A stretch of DNA of 38,584 nucleotides from Smithellaceae bacterium (GCA_034368785.1 JAXMLI010000209.1:1-38584), one strand, 5' to 3'; counted from the first letter of the stretch, positions 1-8,790 are shown. The notes: generated by a model not told the origin, from the letters alone. Numbers and translations are program-made.

Positions 1-21
1 GTCGAAAAATAGACCAACTGC

Positions 22-210
22 GACGGCTATGTAAAAAGTTCCGCAGGCAAGGCGCACAAATCCTGAGGAATGAGGCGTCGGGGGAGGGGGCTTGTTCCGG
101 AAGCCCAAAGGGATCGGAACGTGTCCCCGGAACACGCCGCAAGCCTGCCCCCGCGAAGGCGGGGGAGGGATGAAGCGCAACACAGCATCCGGACTTTTTA
201 CGAAGTCGTC
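22..210. mobile_element. MITE-like non-autonomous repeat, copy E1
   Basis: Imperfect terminal inverted repeats GACGGCTATGTAAAAAGT (22-39) and ACTTTTTACGAAGTCGTC (193-210). Internal GC hairpin CCCCCGC-GAAG-GCGGGGG. The module GGGATGAAGCGCAACACAGCATCCGGACTTTTTACGAA recurs inverted at 18086-18123. No coding capacity. Confidence 0.55.
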
Positions 211-236
211 AGACAATCATATTTTGGGTAACGACA

Positions 237-1334
237 ATGGGAAATGATTTGGACAGCATACTTGGCGTAGCGCATGAGCTGACAAAAGAAGATTTGATTT
301 ATCTGCTTGATCTCGCGGATGAGACTTCCCTTGAAAAGTTATACCGCCACGCCTATCAGATAAAGCTGCGGCATGTGGGTAACAAGGTTTATTTCCGAGG
401 TCTCATCGAGTTTTCCAATATCTGCCGCAAAAACTGTTTCTACTGCGGGATAAGGAGAGACAACGACAAGGTGGAACGGTTCGAAATGACCGCGGAAGAG
501 ATCCTCTCCGCGGCAAAATGGGCATACGAAAGCGGCTATGGTTCAGTTGTCCTGCAAGCAGGCGAGCGAGAGGACAAAAAATACATTTCGTTTGTAGAGA
601 AAATACTTCAGGAAATTAAAAAATTCAGCCACGGAGAGCTGGGCGTCACCCTTTCGCTGGGAGAACAGAGCAGGGATACGCTGGAGAGGTGGTTCGAGGC
701 CGGCGCCCACCGGTACCTGCTCAGAATTGAAACGTCAAACGGGGAACTTTACCGGCGGCTCCATCCCGATGATCATGATTTCGCCAGCAGACTCCAGACC
801 CTTAAACACCTCGCCGAGATCGGTTATCAGGTGGGAACGGGGGTCATGATCGGCCTGCCCGGTCAGACCACGGAAGACCTCGCGGACGATATCCTCTTTT
901 TTAAGGAACAGGACGTGGCCATGATCGGCATGGGTCCCTATGTGATCCATCGGGACACCCCCCTGGGCCAGGAATTTCGGGGAAGTCTCCGAAGCAATGA
1001 TGAGCAGTTGACCCTCGCCCTTAAGATGATTGCCGTAACAAGAATCTACCTCCGAGACGTGAATATCGCCTCCGCCACGGCCCTCCAAGCCCTGAATGAA
1101 ACAGGCCGGGAACTGGGCCTCCAGGCAGGCGCGAACATCATCATGCCCAATATAACGGATGTGAAATACCGGGCGTCATACCAGCTTTACGATGGCAAAC
1201 CCTGCATCAACGAGAATGCCTCCCACTGCATAAACTGTCTGCGGTCCAGAATATCCGCTATCGGCGAGGAGATCGCCTTCGGCCAGTGGGGCGATTCCCC
1301 TCATTTTAAATCAAAGAAAGATAAGGGTACGTAG
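237..1334 (+). CDS. hydE: Radical-SAM enzyme, HydE-like [FeFe]-hydrogenase H-cluster maturase (BioB/HydE clade)
   Basis: 365-aa ORF. CxxxCxxC radical-SAM motif lies in LIEFSNICRKNCFYCGIRRDN. Size and layout are BioB/HydE-like. The local motif resembles HydE more than BioB or ThiH; this was judged by eye. Confidence 0.7.
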   Translation: MGNDLDSILGVAHELTKEDLIYLLDLADETSLEKLYRHAYQIKLRHVGNKVYFRGLIEFSNICRKNCFYCGIRRDNDKVERFEMTAEEILSAAKWAYESGYGSVVLQAGEREDKKYISFVEKILQEIKKFSHGELGVTLSLGEQSRDTLERWFEAGAHRYLLRIETSNGELYRRLHPDDHDFASRLQTLKHLAEIGYQVGTGVMIGLPGQTTEDLADDILFFKEQDVAMIGMGPYVIHRDTPLGQEFRGSLRSNDEQLTLALKMIAVTRIYLRDVNIASATALQALNETGRELGLQAGANIIMPNITDVKYRASYQLYDGKPCINENASHCINCLRSRISAIGEEIAFGQWGDSPHFKSKKDKGT

Positions 1335-1434
1335 CAGCGCAACCGGGCGGGAAAGAGGGTTGGAACAGCTGGTGTAGTGTTATATATCGGGCCGGGGGAG
1401 CTTTGCGAGGGTGAAGAGGGTTTCAAAGCGGAAA

Positions 1435-1504
1435 AGGGTGGTTCTCCGAGAGCAAAGGAGGAGTCAGCTGTAAATCTCCCGGAAAACCACCCTGTTGTTG
1501 TTTG
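1435..1504. terminator. Putative bidirectional terminator between convergent genes
   Basis: 9-bp stem AGGGTGGTT (1435-1443) pairs with AACCACCCT (1485-1493). It is followed by GTTGTTGTTTG on the + strand and by CTTTTCC on the - strand. The loop is large (41 nt), so this is tentative. Confidence 0.35.
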
Positions 1505-1510
1505 ACTAGC

Positions 1511-2068
1511 TTAGCTCTTCAGGAAACGGCCGCCAAATTTAGCGGGTTTCCCCTCGGGACCGGGCGCGCCGTCAGCCTTGCAGCGGCCACCCCACCGTGA
1601 ACCGGGGCCAGGGCCGCCAAAGCCGGCTCTGATTTTATCCCGCTGTTCCTGCGTGAGGATCTTGTTTATCTCCAGCTTATAAGCGGTCATCTTGTCCTGC
1701 ATCTGATCCCGGAACTCTCTCATCTCCTTCTGGACGGCGGTGATCTTCGCCTGATCGGGAGTCGCCTGCAGCCACAGCTGCTTCAGTTCGTTTCTCTTGC
1801 TGAACATCTTCTCTTTGATGGGCGTTACCTGCTTGAACTGCTCCTCCCGCAGGGACGCAACCTTCGCCGTCTGCTCAGGAGAGAGATTAAGCTTCTCCAG
1901 AGCAGCGGCCCCGTCGGTGCCGCTGCAGCCACCCCCGAATCCCCCGGGGCCCATCATCCCGCCACCGGGTCCGCCTGCCCCCATCATCCCCCGGGCGCCT
2001 GCCGGATTAACCGTGACCAGGACCGCGAAAAACATGAGTCCTAAAGTTAACAACAATACCTTTTTCAT
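1511..2068 (-). CDS. Periplasmic Spy/CpxP/ZraP-family protein (heavy-metal/envelope-stress chaperone-like)
   Basis: Signal peptide MKKVLLLTLGLMFFAVLVTVNPAGA. Gly/Met-rich tails (GMMGAGGPGGGMMGPGG). LTxxQ-type helices (LSPEQTAKV, LTQEQRDKI). SD AAGGAG lies upstream and a sigma-54 promoter precedes the gene. Confidence 0.75.
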   Translation of the reverse strand: MKKVLLLTLGLMFFAVLVTVNPAGARGMMGAGGPGGGMMGPGGFGGGCSGTDGAAALEKLNLSPEQTAKVASLREEQFKQVTPIKEKMFSKRNELKQLWLQATPDQAKITAVQKEMREFRDQMQDKMTAYKLEINKILTQEQRDKIRAGFGGPGPGSRWGGRCKADGAPGPEGKPAKFGGRFLKS

Positions 2069-2103
2069 TTGTAGCTCCTTTCTTGCTTAGTTTGAGCATA
2101 ACA

Positions 2104-2121
2104 TTGCAGGTACTGTGCCAA
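2104..2121 (-). promoter_or_regulatory. Sigma-54 (-24/-12) promoter of the ZraP-like gene
   Basis: The minus strand reads TTGGCACAGTACCTGCAA. That is TGGCAC-N5-cTGCA with exact GG-N10-GC spacing. It sits ~36 nt upstream of the ATG at 2068, with SD AAGGAG in between. Confidence 0.8.
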
Positions 2122-2319
2122 CTAAAACATATTGTCGCAATGCCGTGATATCATTTATATAACGCGACGCCTGCCTGTTGCTTTTGGCTAATTAATATCC
2201 CGACAAGAAAATATATGGATAAATGGTATCCGCTTGTGGTATCCAACTGGTCAATAAGTATCCGGGCAGAGATCCCCGCTGGATTAATTGGCTTATGATC
2301 CATTTCAAGGGGTATTATA

Positions 2320-4131
2320 ATGAGAATAGCCGGAAAAAAGATAAGAGGGATCTGGGTCGGTGTTTCGCCCTGGTTCATCATCGGCGCCGTGCTCATCATT
2401 ATTCCCTTTTTCATATTCGTTACGCTGGACAGTATCAGAAAGCAGGAGGCCGGTACGCGGGAATTGCTGCTGGCCCAGGGAGAGACACTGATCCGCTCCT
2501 TTGAAGCCGGGATGAGAACCGGGGCAGGCATGAACTGGGGCCCTTTTCAGCTTCGGAAACTGCTGATTGAAATGGCCCAGCAGCCCGGCCTGGACCATAT
2601 CATCGTGGTAAACCAGGAGGGCGCCATCCTCGCCGACAGCGACCCCTCCATGATCGGCGAATCATATGGTCTGGATCTGGACCTGGCGGCGGCCTCCCGG
2701 CTGAAATTTCCTGGCTGGCGGGTAGTTAAGGATTCCGATCGGGGAGAGACTTTTGAGGTATTCCGGCGCTTTCCCCCGGCCGATCAATCTTTTGTTGATC
2801 GGGAACCCTCTCCCCGGGCCGCCGGGGCAAAAGATCAGGGTAACGTAAGCAAAGATCTGGTGATCTTTGTGGGCCTGAACATGGGGCCCCTTAACGCGGC
2901 CAGGAAGAAGGAGCTGGAACACACGACAATGATGGCGGCCGTCCTTTTGATCGTGGCCCTGTCGGGTGTTCTCTCCTTGTTTCTGGCTCAGGCCTACCGC
3001 TCCGCCCGGGTTTCGCTCACGGCCGTCAAGGCCCTATCGGAGAGCATCATCGGCCATATGCCAATCGGGCTTTTGGCCTTCGACGAAAGGGGAAATCTGC
3101 TCTCCTTTAATCAGGAGGCCGAAAGGATACTGAAGGTTTCGCTGCGAGAATTTCTGCGCAAAAGACCCTTATCCGCCCTCCCTCCGGCACTGGCCTCCCT
3201 CCTGGAGGAAATGAAGGCGGAATCCGGCCGGATCGCCAGGGAGCTGACCATTGTTGTTACCGGTGGCGGTATTCACCTGGATGTGGTTGCGGCGGCCCTG
3301 AAGGATGAGACGGGCGTTTTCCTGGGCCGGCTGGTTCTCCTGCGGGACACCACGGAGATCAGGCATCTGCGGGATGAGGTCGCCAGGAGTGAACGCCTCG
3401 TCGCTTTGGGCAACCTGGCGGCCGGGGTGGCGCATGAGATCAGGAACCCCTTGAGTTCCATCAAGGGATTCGCCACCTTTTTCCGGGAGCGGCTCCGGGA
3501 CAATCCGGAAGATTATCAAACCGCGGGGATCATGATCGCGGAGGTTGATCGCTTGAATCGGGTTATCACCCAACTCCTCGACCTCGCCCAGCCGGCAAGC
3601 CCGGAAAAAGAGACCGTGGATCTTATTTCGACCATTAATCATGTCCTTCAGATGATCGCCGCGCGGGCCGAAACAAGCGGAGTAACGATAATGACCCACC
3701 ATCCCACGGGCCCTTTGGAAGTGCTGGGCGACACAGATCAGATTAAACAGGTCCTGTTTAATCTCTTTCTCAATGCCCTCGATGCGATGGAGGAGGGGGG
3801 CACCCTGACGGTCACCCTGAATGAACTAGCCGCGGGAGGCGGAAGGATCGTCATTGAAGACACGGGAGCGGGTATCAAGGCCGAGGATCTGACCCGCATC
3901 TTCGACCCTTACTTTACCACCAAACCGGCGGGAACCGGCCTTGGCCTGGCGATAGTGCATAAGATCATCGAGGCCCATCGAGGAGAAATACACGTGGATA
4001 GCGAAGAGGGGAAAGGGACCAGGGTAACCCTGGATATCCCCGGAATTCGCGCGGGAACTGTCCCGGATTTACGGACGAAGCGAAGCGAAGTCGTAGAAGC
4101 GGGACTGTCCCCTTCAACGGACTTTTTATGA
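2320..4131 (+). CDS. Membrane sensor histidine kinase (ZraS/AtoS-like)
   Basis: Two TM segments. H-box HEIRNPLSSIKG. N box FNLFLNALDAM. G boxes EDTGAGI and GTGLGLAIV. The last ~29 codons lie inside a repeat element (see 4042-4138). Confidence 0.9.
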   Translation: MRIAGKKIRGIWVGVSPWFIIGAVLIIIPFFIFVTLDSIRKQEAGTRELLLAQGETLIRSFEAGMRTGAGMNWGPFQLRKLLIEMAQQPGLDHIIVVNQEGAILADSDPSMIGESYGLDLDLAAASRLKFPGWRVVKDSDRGETFEVFRRFPPADQSFVDREPSPRAAGAKDQGNVSKDLVIFVGLNMGPLNAARKKELEHTTMMAAVLLIVALSGVLSLFLAQAYRSARVSLTAVKALSESIIGHMPIGLLAFDERGNLLSFNQEAERILKVSLREFLRKRPLSALPPALASLLEEMKAESGRIARELTIVVTGGGIHLDVVAAALKDETGVFLGRLVLLRDTTEIRHLRDEVARSERLVALGNLAAGVAHEIRNPLSSIKGFATFFRERLRDNPEDYQTAGIMIAEVDRLNRVITQLLDLAQPASPEKETVDLISTINHVLQMIAARAETSGVTIMTHHPTGPLEVLGDTDQIKQVLFNLFLNALDAMEEGGTLTVTLNELAAGGGRIVIEDTGAGIKAEDLTRIFDPYFTTKPAGTGLGLAIVHKIIEAHRGEIHVDSEEGKGTRVTLDIPGIRAGTVPDLRTKRSEVVEAGLSPSTDFL

Positions 4132-4138
4132 GGTCGTC
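4042..4138. repeat. Partial MITE/REP-family element forming the 3' tail of the kinase gene
   Basis: Ends with the TIR-like ACTTTTTATGAGGTCGTC (4121-4138). Contains GGGAC-T-GTCCC mini-hairpins. The regulator's ATG (4139) abuts the element end. Confidence 0.4.
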
Positions 4139-5509
4139 ATGATTAAGAAGAATACCGTCCTGGTAGTGGACGATGACCATGCCCATCGCACCATGCTCAT
4201 GACCCTTCTTACCGACTGGGGATACGGGGTGGAAACGGCCGATGACGGTAGAGCGGCCGTGGAATTGGTCGGCGATCGTCCCTATGACGCGATTCTGATG
4301 GACATCCGGATGCTGCGGGTCTCTGGTCTGCAGGCCCTCGAGGAGATCAAGTCCTTCAATCCCGCCATTCCGGTAATTATCATGACCGCCTATGCGTCCG
4401 TGGATACCGCCGTGGCCGCCCTTAAAACCGGCGCCTACGACTATCTGACCAAACCGCTCGATTTTGATAAATTGAGGCTTACCCTGACGCGGTCCATGGA
4501 GCACTCCCGTCTGCAGGAGGAAAACCGCCAACTCAAGGCCAGTCTCGCGGGCCGTTTCTCGAGAGAAAATATTATCGGTCAGTCGCCTGCCATGACGAAG
4601 CTCTTCGCGGTTCTGGCCCAGGTGGCGCCGGCGGAGGCCACGGTCCTGATCTCCGGTGAATCGGGGACCGGGAAGGAACTGATCGCCGGGGCCCTGCACT
4701 TCAACTCGTTGCGACGGGACGGACCCTTCATCAAGATCAATTGCGCCGCTCTCGTGGAGACCCTCCTGGAGGCGGAACTCTTCGGTCATGAAAAGGGCGC
4801 CTTTACCGGCGCGGACCGACGGCGGGAGGGCAAGTTCCGTCAGGCCGCCGGGGGCAGCCTGTTCCTCGACGAGGTTAGCGAGATGTCCCCGGCCATGCAG
4901 GTTAAACTGCTCCGGGTCCTGCAGGAGCGGGAAGTGGTCCGCGTGGGGGGAGAGGAGACCCTGAAGGTGGATGTCCGGGTAATCGCCGCCACCAACAAGG
5001 ATCTCCGTCTGCTGGTCGAGAACGGTCTCTTCCGGGAGGATCTCTATTACCGTCTGAACGTGGTAAACCTCCCCTTGCCCCCGCTGCGGGAGAGAAGAGA
5101 GGATATCCCCCTGTTGGCGCAACATTTCCTGCGCCTCTTCGCCGAGAAGAATCATAAAAATATCAAGGGACTGACCCCGCAGGCCATGGACAGGCTCCTC
5201 CGGTATCATTGGCCCGGAAATGTGCGGGAACTGGCCAATATGATGGAACGGGGGGTGGTTTTATCCCGGGGCGATTATCTGAACGAAGAGGAGATGGCAA
5301 TTTTTCCCCAGGAGGGTCACGGGAAGGGGAAGGAAGGCGAAGGAGGCGATTCTCCTGCGCTGGTGGATCAGCCCCTCGAGGCGGTAGAGAAGGCGACAAT
5401 CCTCAAAACCCTGGAGGCGGCAGAGGGGAACAAGAGCGAGGCGGCCCGCAGGCTGGGGATCACGAGACGGACCCTCCACAAGAAACTCAAAAACTATGGC
5501 CTGATGTAG
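4139..5509 (+). CDS. Sigma-54-dependent response regulator (NtrC/ZraR/AtoC family)
   Basis: Receiver domain (VVDDD...DIRM). AAA+ Walker A GESGTGKE. Sigma-54 contact motif GAFTGA. C-terminal Fis-type HTH ([17 protein letters not shown]). Confidence 0.92.
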   Translation: MIKKNTVLVVDDDHAHRTMLMTLLTDWGYGVETADDGRAAVELVGDRPYDAILMDIRMLRVSGLQALEEIKSFNPAIPVIIMTAYASVDTAVAALKTGAYDYLTKPLDFDKLRLTLTRSMEHSRLQEENRQLKASLAGRFSRENIIGQSPAMTKLFAVLAQVAPAEATVLISGESGTGKELIAGALHFNSLRRDGPFIKINCAALVETLLEAELFGHEKGAFTGADRRREGKFRQAAGGSLFLDEVSEMSPAMQVKLLRVLQEREVVRVGGEETLKVDVRVIAATNKDLRLLVENGLFREDLYYRLNVVNLPLPPLRERREDIPLLAQHFLRLFAEKNHKNIKGLTPQAMDRLLRYHWPGNVRELANMMERGVVLSRGDYLNEEEMAIFPQEGHGKGKEGEGGDSPALVDQPLEAVEKATILKTLEAAEGNKSEAARRLGITRRTLHKKLKNYGLM

Positions 5510-5544
5510 TTGGCTGTTTGATCGTTCCCGCTATTTGCTTCGCC

Positions 5545-5574
5545 GGTCAGGCGGGACGCCTGACCTATTTTGTT
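5545..5574 (+). terminator. Rho-independent terminator after the regulator gene
   Basis: Perfect 9-bp stem GGTCAGGCG-gga-CGCCTGACC followed by TATTTTGTT. Confidence 0.75.
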
Positions 5575-5610
5575 ACTTCAGCCTACCGCCGAAACAACCT
5601 GAGCAGTTGT

Positions 5611-5749
5611 AACTGATGAAAATTGAACACATAGGCGATAGAGGCACTGGCAGGTCATTCCTTAAGGCGAAATCACTCTGACCCCTGAACCGTGACCCCT
5701 GCCCCAGATACCCCGAGTAGCTAACGCCGATGAAGATTCTGGCCTGCAT
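5611..5749 (+). repeat. Duplicate of the etfB leader plus the first ~7 etfB-like codons
   Basis: 5611-5676 aligns with 8684-8750, with long identical runs (CGATAGAGGCACTGGCA, GTCATTCC, AGGCGAAAT). ATGAAGATTCTGGCCTGCAT (5730) matches the etfB start ATGAAGATTCTGGTCTGTAT (8791). It overlaps the 3' end of the MFS gene on the opposite strand. Confidence 0.6.
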
Positions 5750-7028
5750 TCTCTCCCCCCATTTCTTCCACACGCCTCGCGTCCGCATCATAGAAAAAGG
5801 AGCCGATAAAGAAGAGAATTCCGGCCAGCACGGCAAAGAGGGGCAGGAAAACCATTGCCTTTTCCAGCCCATAAGCATCAGATAAGGCGCCAATAACCGG
5901 CGGTCCCAGCGCACTGCCCAGTAAATGCTGGATAATGATGCATAAGCTCAGCGATACGGCCCGGAGACCGGGATGGACAACATCCTGGGTTACGGCAACG
6001 GCAGCAGGCACAAAGGCAACCGCCGCAATCCCCGCAGCCAGCAGAATCACATATTGCATGTCTCCCTGATAAAACTGGAAGGCCACAAAAAGGATAAGGG
6101 CGGTCAAAAAGGAAGAAATTGAAGGGAAAAGAAGCCTGGCGTTTCTCTGTCTTTTCAGCCATCTGTCCGTTAAATACCCGCCTAACGGGGCGCCAATGAT
6201 CGCCAGCAGCATGACTGCGCCTCCTTTTGTCGCCGCCCTGCTCATGGATATTTCTCCCACTCTCTGGAAATAGCTGGGAAGCCAGGTCAAGAGGGCCGTG
6301 GTAACAAAGGTATTGGCGGCAAAGGCGAGGTTATTGAATATCAGCGTTTTATTCCCTAATAAATGCCTGGCGATCTCCTGCCACTGCATCTTGACTTGTG
6401 TCTCTTCCTCTGCAGCGGCTATTCTTGTAAGGGCAATGGTCTTATAATCCCGGACATAGAAGAACAACACGGCCACAATAAGTCCGGGCAGGGCCACGAG
6501 GCCAAAGGCATACCGCCAGCCCAAATGTTCCGCAATGATCCCGCCAATAACAATGCCCAGCGCGCTTCCCAAGGGGATGGAGGCATTCCAGATCCCCAGA
6601 ATCCTGGCCCTTTTCTCTTTGGGATACAGCGCCGATATCATGGCGGTTCCGCCGGGAGCATAGCCCGCTTCACCAAGGCCGATGGCCGTTCTGGCGACGA
6701 AGAGCTGTCCGAAATTTTTGGTGAAGGCACAAGCCACGGTGGCCACGCTCCACAAGACGGCCATTAACCCGATACTTTTAATTCTGCTCCACCTGTCGAT
6801 CAGCACGGATACCGGCAGGGTAAAGATCAGAATCGACCAGTACACGGCGGAAACGAGCAGTCCGCATTGCGTGTCTGTGATTCCCCAATCCTGCTTGAGG
6901 AAAGGGAAAAGTGAGACGATGACCAGGCGATCGAGGTAGTCGAACAAATAGAGCAGAAACAGCAGGGTAAAGACGTAGTGAGGGGAGGATGTCCAGGTGC
7001 GGGTTTTCGGAACGGAGGAATTATTCAT
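5721..7028 (-). CDS. MFS transporter
   Basis: Polytopic hydrophobic ORF with an MFS loop motif (FDYLDRLV). The start is placed at ATG 7028, which overlaps the upstream gene's end (TATGAATAA). The ORF track extends it to 7064. Confidence 0.85.
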   Translation of the reverse strand: MNNSSVPKTRTWTSSPHYVFTLLFLLYLFDYLDRLVIVSLFPFLKQDWGITDTQCGLLVSAVYWSILIFTLPVSVLIDRWSRIKSIGLMAVLWSVATVACAFTKNFGQLFVARTAIGLGEAGYAPGGTAMISALYPKEKRARILGIWNASIPLGSALGIVIGGIIAEHLGWRYAFGLVALPGLIVAVLFFYVRDYKTIALTRIAAAEEETQVKMQWQEIARHLLGNKTLIFNNLAFAANTFVTTALLTWLPSYFQRVGEISMSRAATKGGAVMLLAIIGAPLGGYLTDRWLKRQRNARLLFPSISSFLTALILFVAFQFYQGDMQYVILLAAGIAAVAFVPAAVAVTQDVVHPGLRAVSLSLCIIIQHLLGSALGPPVIGALSDAYGLEKAMVFLPLFAVLAGILFFIGSFFYDADARRVEEMGGENAGQNLHRR

Positions 7029-8103
7029 AGCGTCCATATTTTTTTGTCGCCTCAAACATGGCAATGCAGTTTTCCGGATTTACGCCTGGATGAAGGGAGT
7101 TGGAATCGCAGAGGATGTATCCGCCCCCTGCCGCCGCATCGTAAATGGCTTGTTTAACCGCCGCATCGACCTGCTCCGGAGTGCCCGCGGGGAGCAGCTC
7201 CTTGCAGTCGATATTGCCCAACAGGCAGATTCTATTCCCATAGGCCTCCTTGACCTTTTTCAAATCCATGCCGGCCTGGGGTTCCAGCGGATTTAGACCG
7301 TCATATCCTGAATCAATCAGAATATCCATGATTGACCAGAGATTGCCGTCGCTGTGTCGCACAACCTTCAGGCCGAGTTCGTGGGCGCGGTCTACCAGTT
7401 TTCTGTTGTAAGGATTGACAAACTCCCGGAAATGTTTCGGGGAGATCAGGAGGTTTTGTGTTGCGGCGATATCATCTTCCACGACCAGAACATCAAGGCC
7501 GGCCGAGGCCAGCATCTCAAGCTGCTTCAGATTATATTCCGTAACCATGGCAGCGATAAGATGAATAAATTCGGGATTCTGATAAAGCTGTAACATGTAA
7601 TTTTCCATCCCCGTCAATCTCCAGCTGCGCACAAAGGCCCCGCGCATCAGCCAGAATAGGGCAATATCTCCCTTAAACCGGTCTCTGGCGAGGTCGAGCA
7701 AGAGCAGGTGCCCGCGGTTTGGTTCAGGAATCGGAAAGTTATCAAGGTCAGGGGAATCCTTTAAGGGATGGCCGACGGGGACGGGGAGACCGTTGGGATT
7801 CCGCCTGTATATGACGCCCCAGTCGTCCTTAACGTCCTTCTCGTTGATTTCAATTTCGTGGCCGATCTCGAAAGAGGTGAACCCGTCCACGCCAAATACT
7901 TCATGAATGAGAAAAAGGGTGTCCAGCAGCTTCATTTTCCCGGAATCGTTCAGCTCATGAAACTGCTTTGCTTCCGGCAGACCATCGGTAATGTGCTTCC
8001 CGATACCAATGATCGGCGCCTCATTAATCCCATGAATATACAGAGGAACCCGGTCGGGTTGCCCAAGACTCAGGGCGGTGATAATCCGCTCTTTTCCTTT
8101 CAT
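7021..8103 (-). CDS. Uroporphyrinogen-decarboxylase (URO-D) family protein, MtaA/CmuA-like methyltransferase type
   Basis: 360 aa. Motifs PDRVPLY, VVRHSDGN, LNPLEP and GGGYIL are typical of the URO-D/MtaA fold. Substrate cannot be inferred. Confidence 0.7.
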   Translation of the reverse strand: MKGKERIITALSLGQPDRVPLYIHGINEAPIIGIGKHITDGLPEAKQFHELNDSGKMKLLDTLFLIHEVFGVDGFTSFEIGHEIEINEKDVKDDWGVIYRRNPNGLPVPVGHPLKDSPDLDNFPIPEPNRGHLLLLDLARDRFKGDIALFWLMRGAFVRSWRLTGMENYMLQLYQNPEFIHLIAAMVTEYNLKQLEMLASAGLDVLVVEDDIAATQNLLISPKHFREFVNPYNRKLVDRAHELGLKVVRHSDGNLWSIMDILIDSGYDGLNPLEPQAGMDLKKVKEAYGNRICLLGNIDCKELLPAGTPEQVDAAVKQAIYDAAAGGGYILCDSNSLHPGVNPENCIAMFEATKKYGRYE

Positions 8104-8388
8104 AGCACAGCCGCTCCCTTTAAAAATCCCTCGCCGGACAATGATTAAGAATACGCATCTGGATCAGCAACTTATAACGCAACCCCGGGGTATCCCGGGA
8201 ATCGTTCGCGGTCTTCATCGTCCCTGTAGTTTTCTTTTCGCTCGTTCCTGCGGGCCTTTATGTGATAGAGGGTATCGGGGAATTCTATTCTTGACGGTTG
8301 TGTCATGGCTAGTGATGATTAGGGATAAAAGGAGATTTTGTCAAGTGTGTAGATCTGACCCCCGAGGTTCTTCTGCAGGTTCAAGGTT

Positions 8389-8662
8389 GATGACCTCGTA
8401 AAAAGCGACCCACGCCGCCCGGCGGCCCCACATCGGCAAGTAACTTGCTTTGAGTTTTGGAGGGCCACGCTCCGTCGTGGCCGAACGGCTTTGAATATTG
8501 CACTACCTGCCACGGACGCGACGGAGCGCGTCCCTCCAAAAAAAATGTACTTACATAATTTCAAGTACTTATGGTTAAGTTCCTTAGAAGTCCGAAAACC
8601 TTCTTTTCGTCATTCCGGACTGGATCCGGAATGACGCCCTTGTGAGTTTTTACGAAGTCGTC
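8389..8662. mobile_element. Composite MITE-like element, copy E3, with 6-bp target-site duplication
   Basis: TIRs are GATGACCTCGTAAAAAGC (8389-8406) and AGTTTTTACGAAGTCGTC (8645-8662). It is flanked by AAGGTT at 8383-8388 and 8663-8668. It carries the ~175-nt structured module (8400-8575) and the hairpin CGTCATTCCGGA-ctgga-TCCGGAATGACG. Confidence 0.7.
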
Positions 8663-8670
8663 AAGGTTAA

Positions 8671-8787
8671 GGGGTTCACGGTTAAACTGATGCAGATTGA
8701 ACTGGCCGACGATAGAGGCACTGGCATGTCATTCCCTCAGGCGAAATAACCGTTAACCATGAACCGTGAACCTTGAACCGTGAACCC
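8671..8787. repeat. REP-like leader upstream of etfB
   Basis: GGGTTCACGGTT (8672-8683) is the perfect reverse complement of AACCGTGAACCC (8776-8787). GAACCGTGAACC is tandemly duplicated at 8761 and 8775. The 16-mer GGGTTCACGGTTAAAC recurs at 34228. Confidence 0.6.
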
Positions 8788-8790
8788 GTT

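Noticed and set aside
3965-5209. Long antisense ORFs (3965..5209-, 11920..12840-, 9608..10321-, 32992..33744-, 36777..37718-, 17444..17977-, 29252..29863- and similar)
   Set aside because: Each lies fully opposite a gene with clear family motifs. Their translations are Arg/Gly/Pro-rich with no recognisable domains. They are shadow ORFs of the kind expected in GC-rich coding DNA.
5730-5885. Short + strand ORF MKILACILSPHFF... as a real etfB-like gene
   Set aside because: Only the first ~7 codons resemble EtfB. The rest is antisense to the MFS gene and has no ETF similarity. It was interpreted as a duplicated leader/start fragment.
8319-8564. ORFs 8319..8564- and 28256..28567+ with near-identical peptides (GGTRSVASVAGSAIFKAVRPRRSVALQNSK)
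   Set aside because: They are translations of the two copies of the structured repeat module. They have no SD and the sequence is hairpin-dominated. Identity extends beyond the ORF borders. They were treated as repeat DNA or RNA, not genes.
8746-8790. GAACCGTGAACC tandem units and AGTGAAC x3 (34244-34264) as a CRISPR or iteron array
   Set aside because: There are only 2-3 very short units with no spacers of CRISPR size and no cas genes. They are consistent with REP-type microrepeats.
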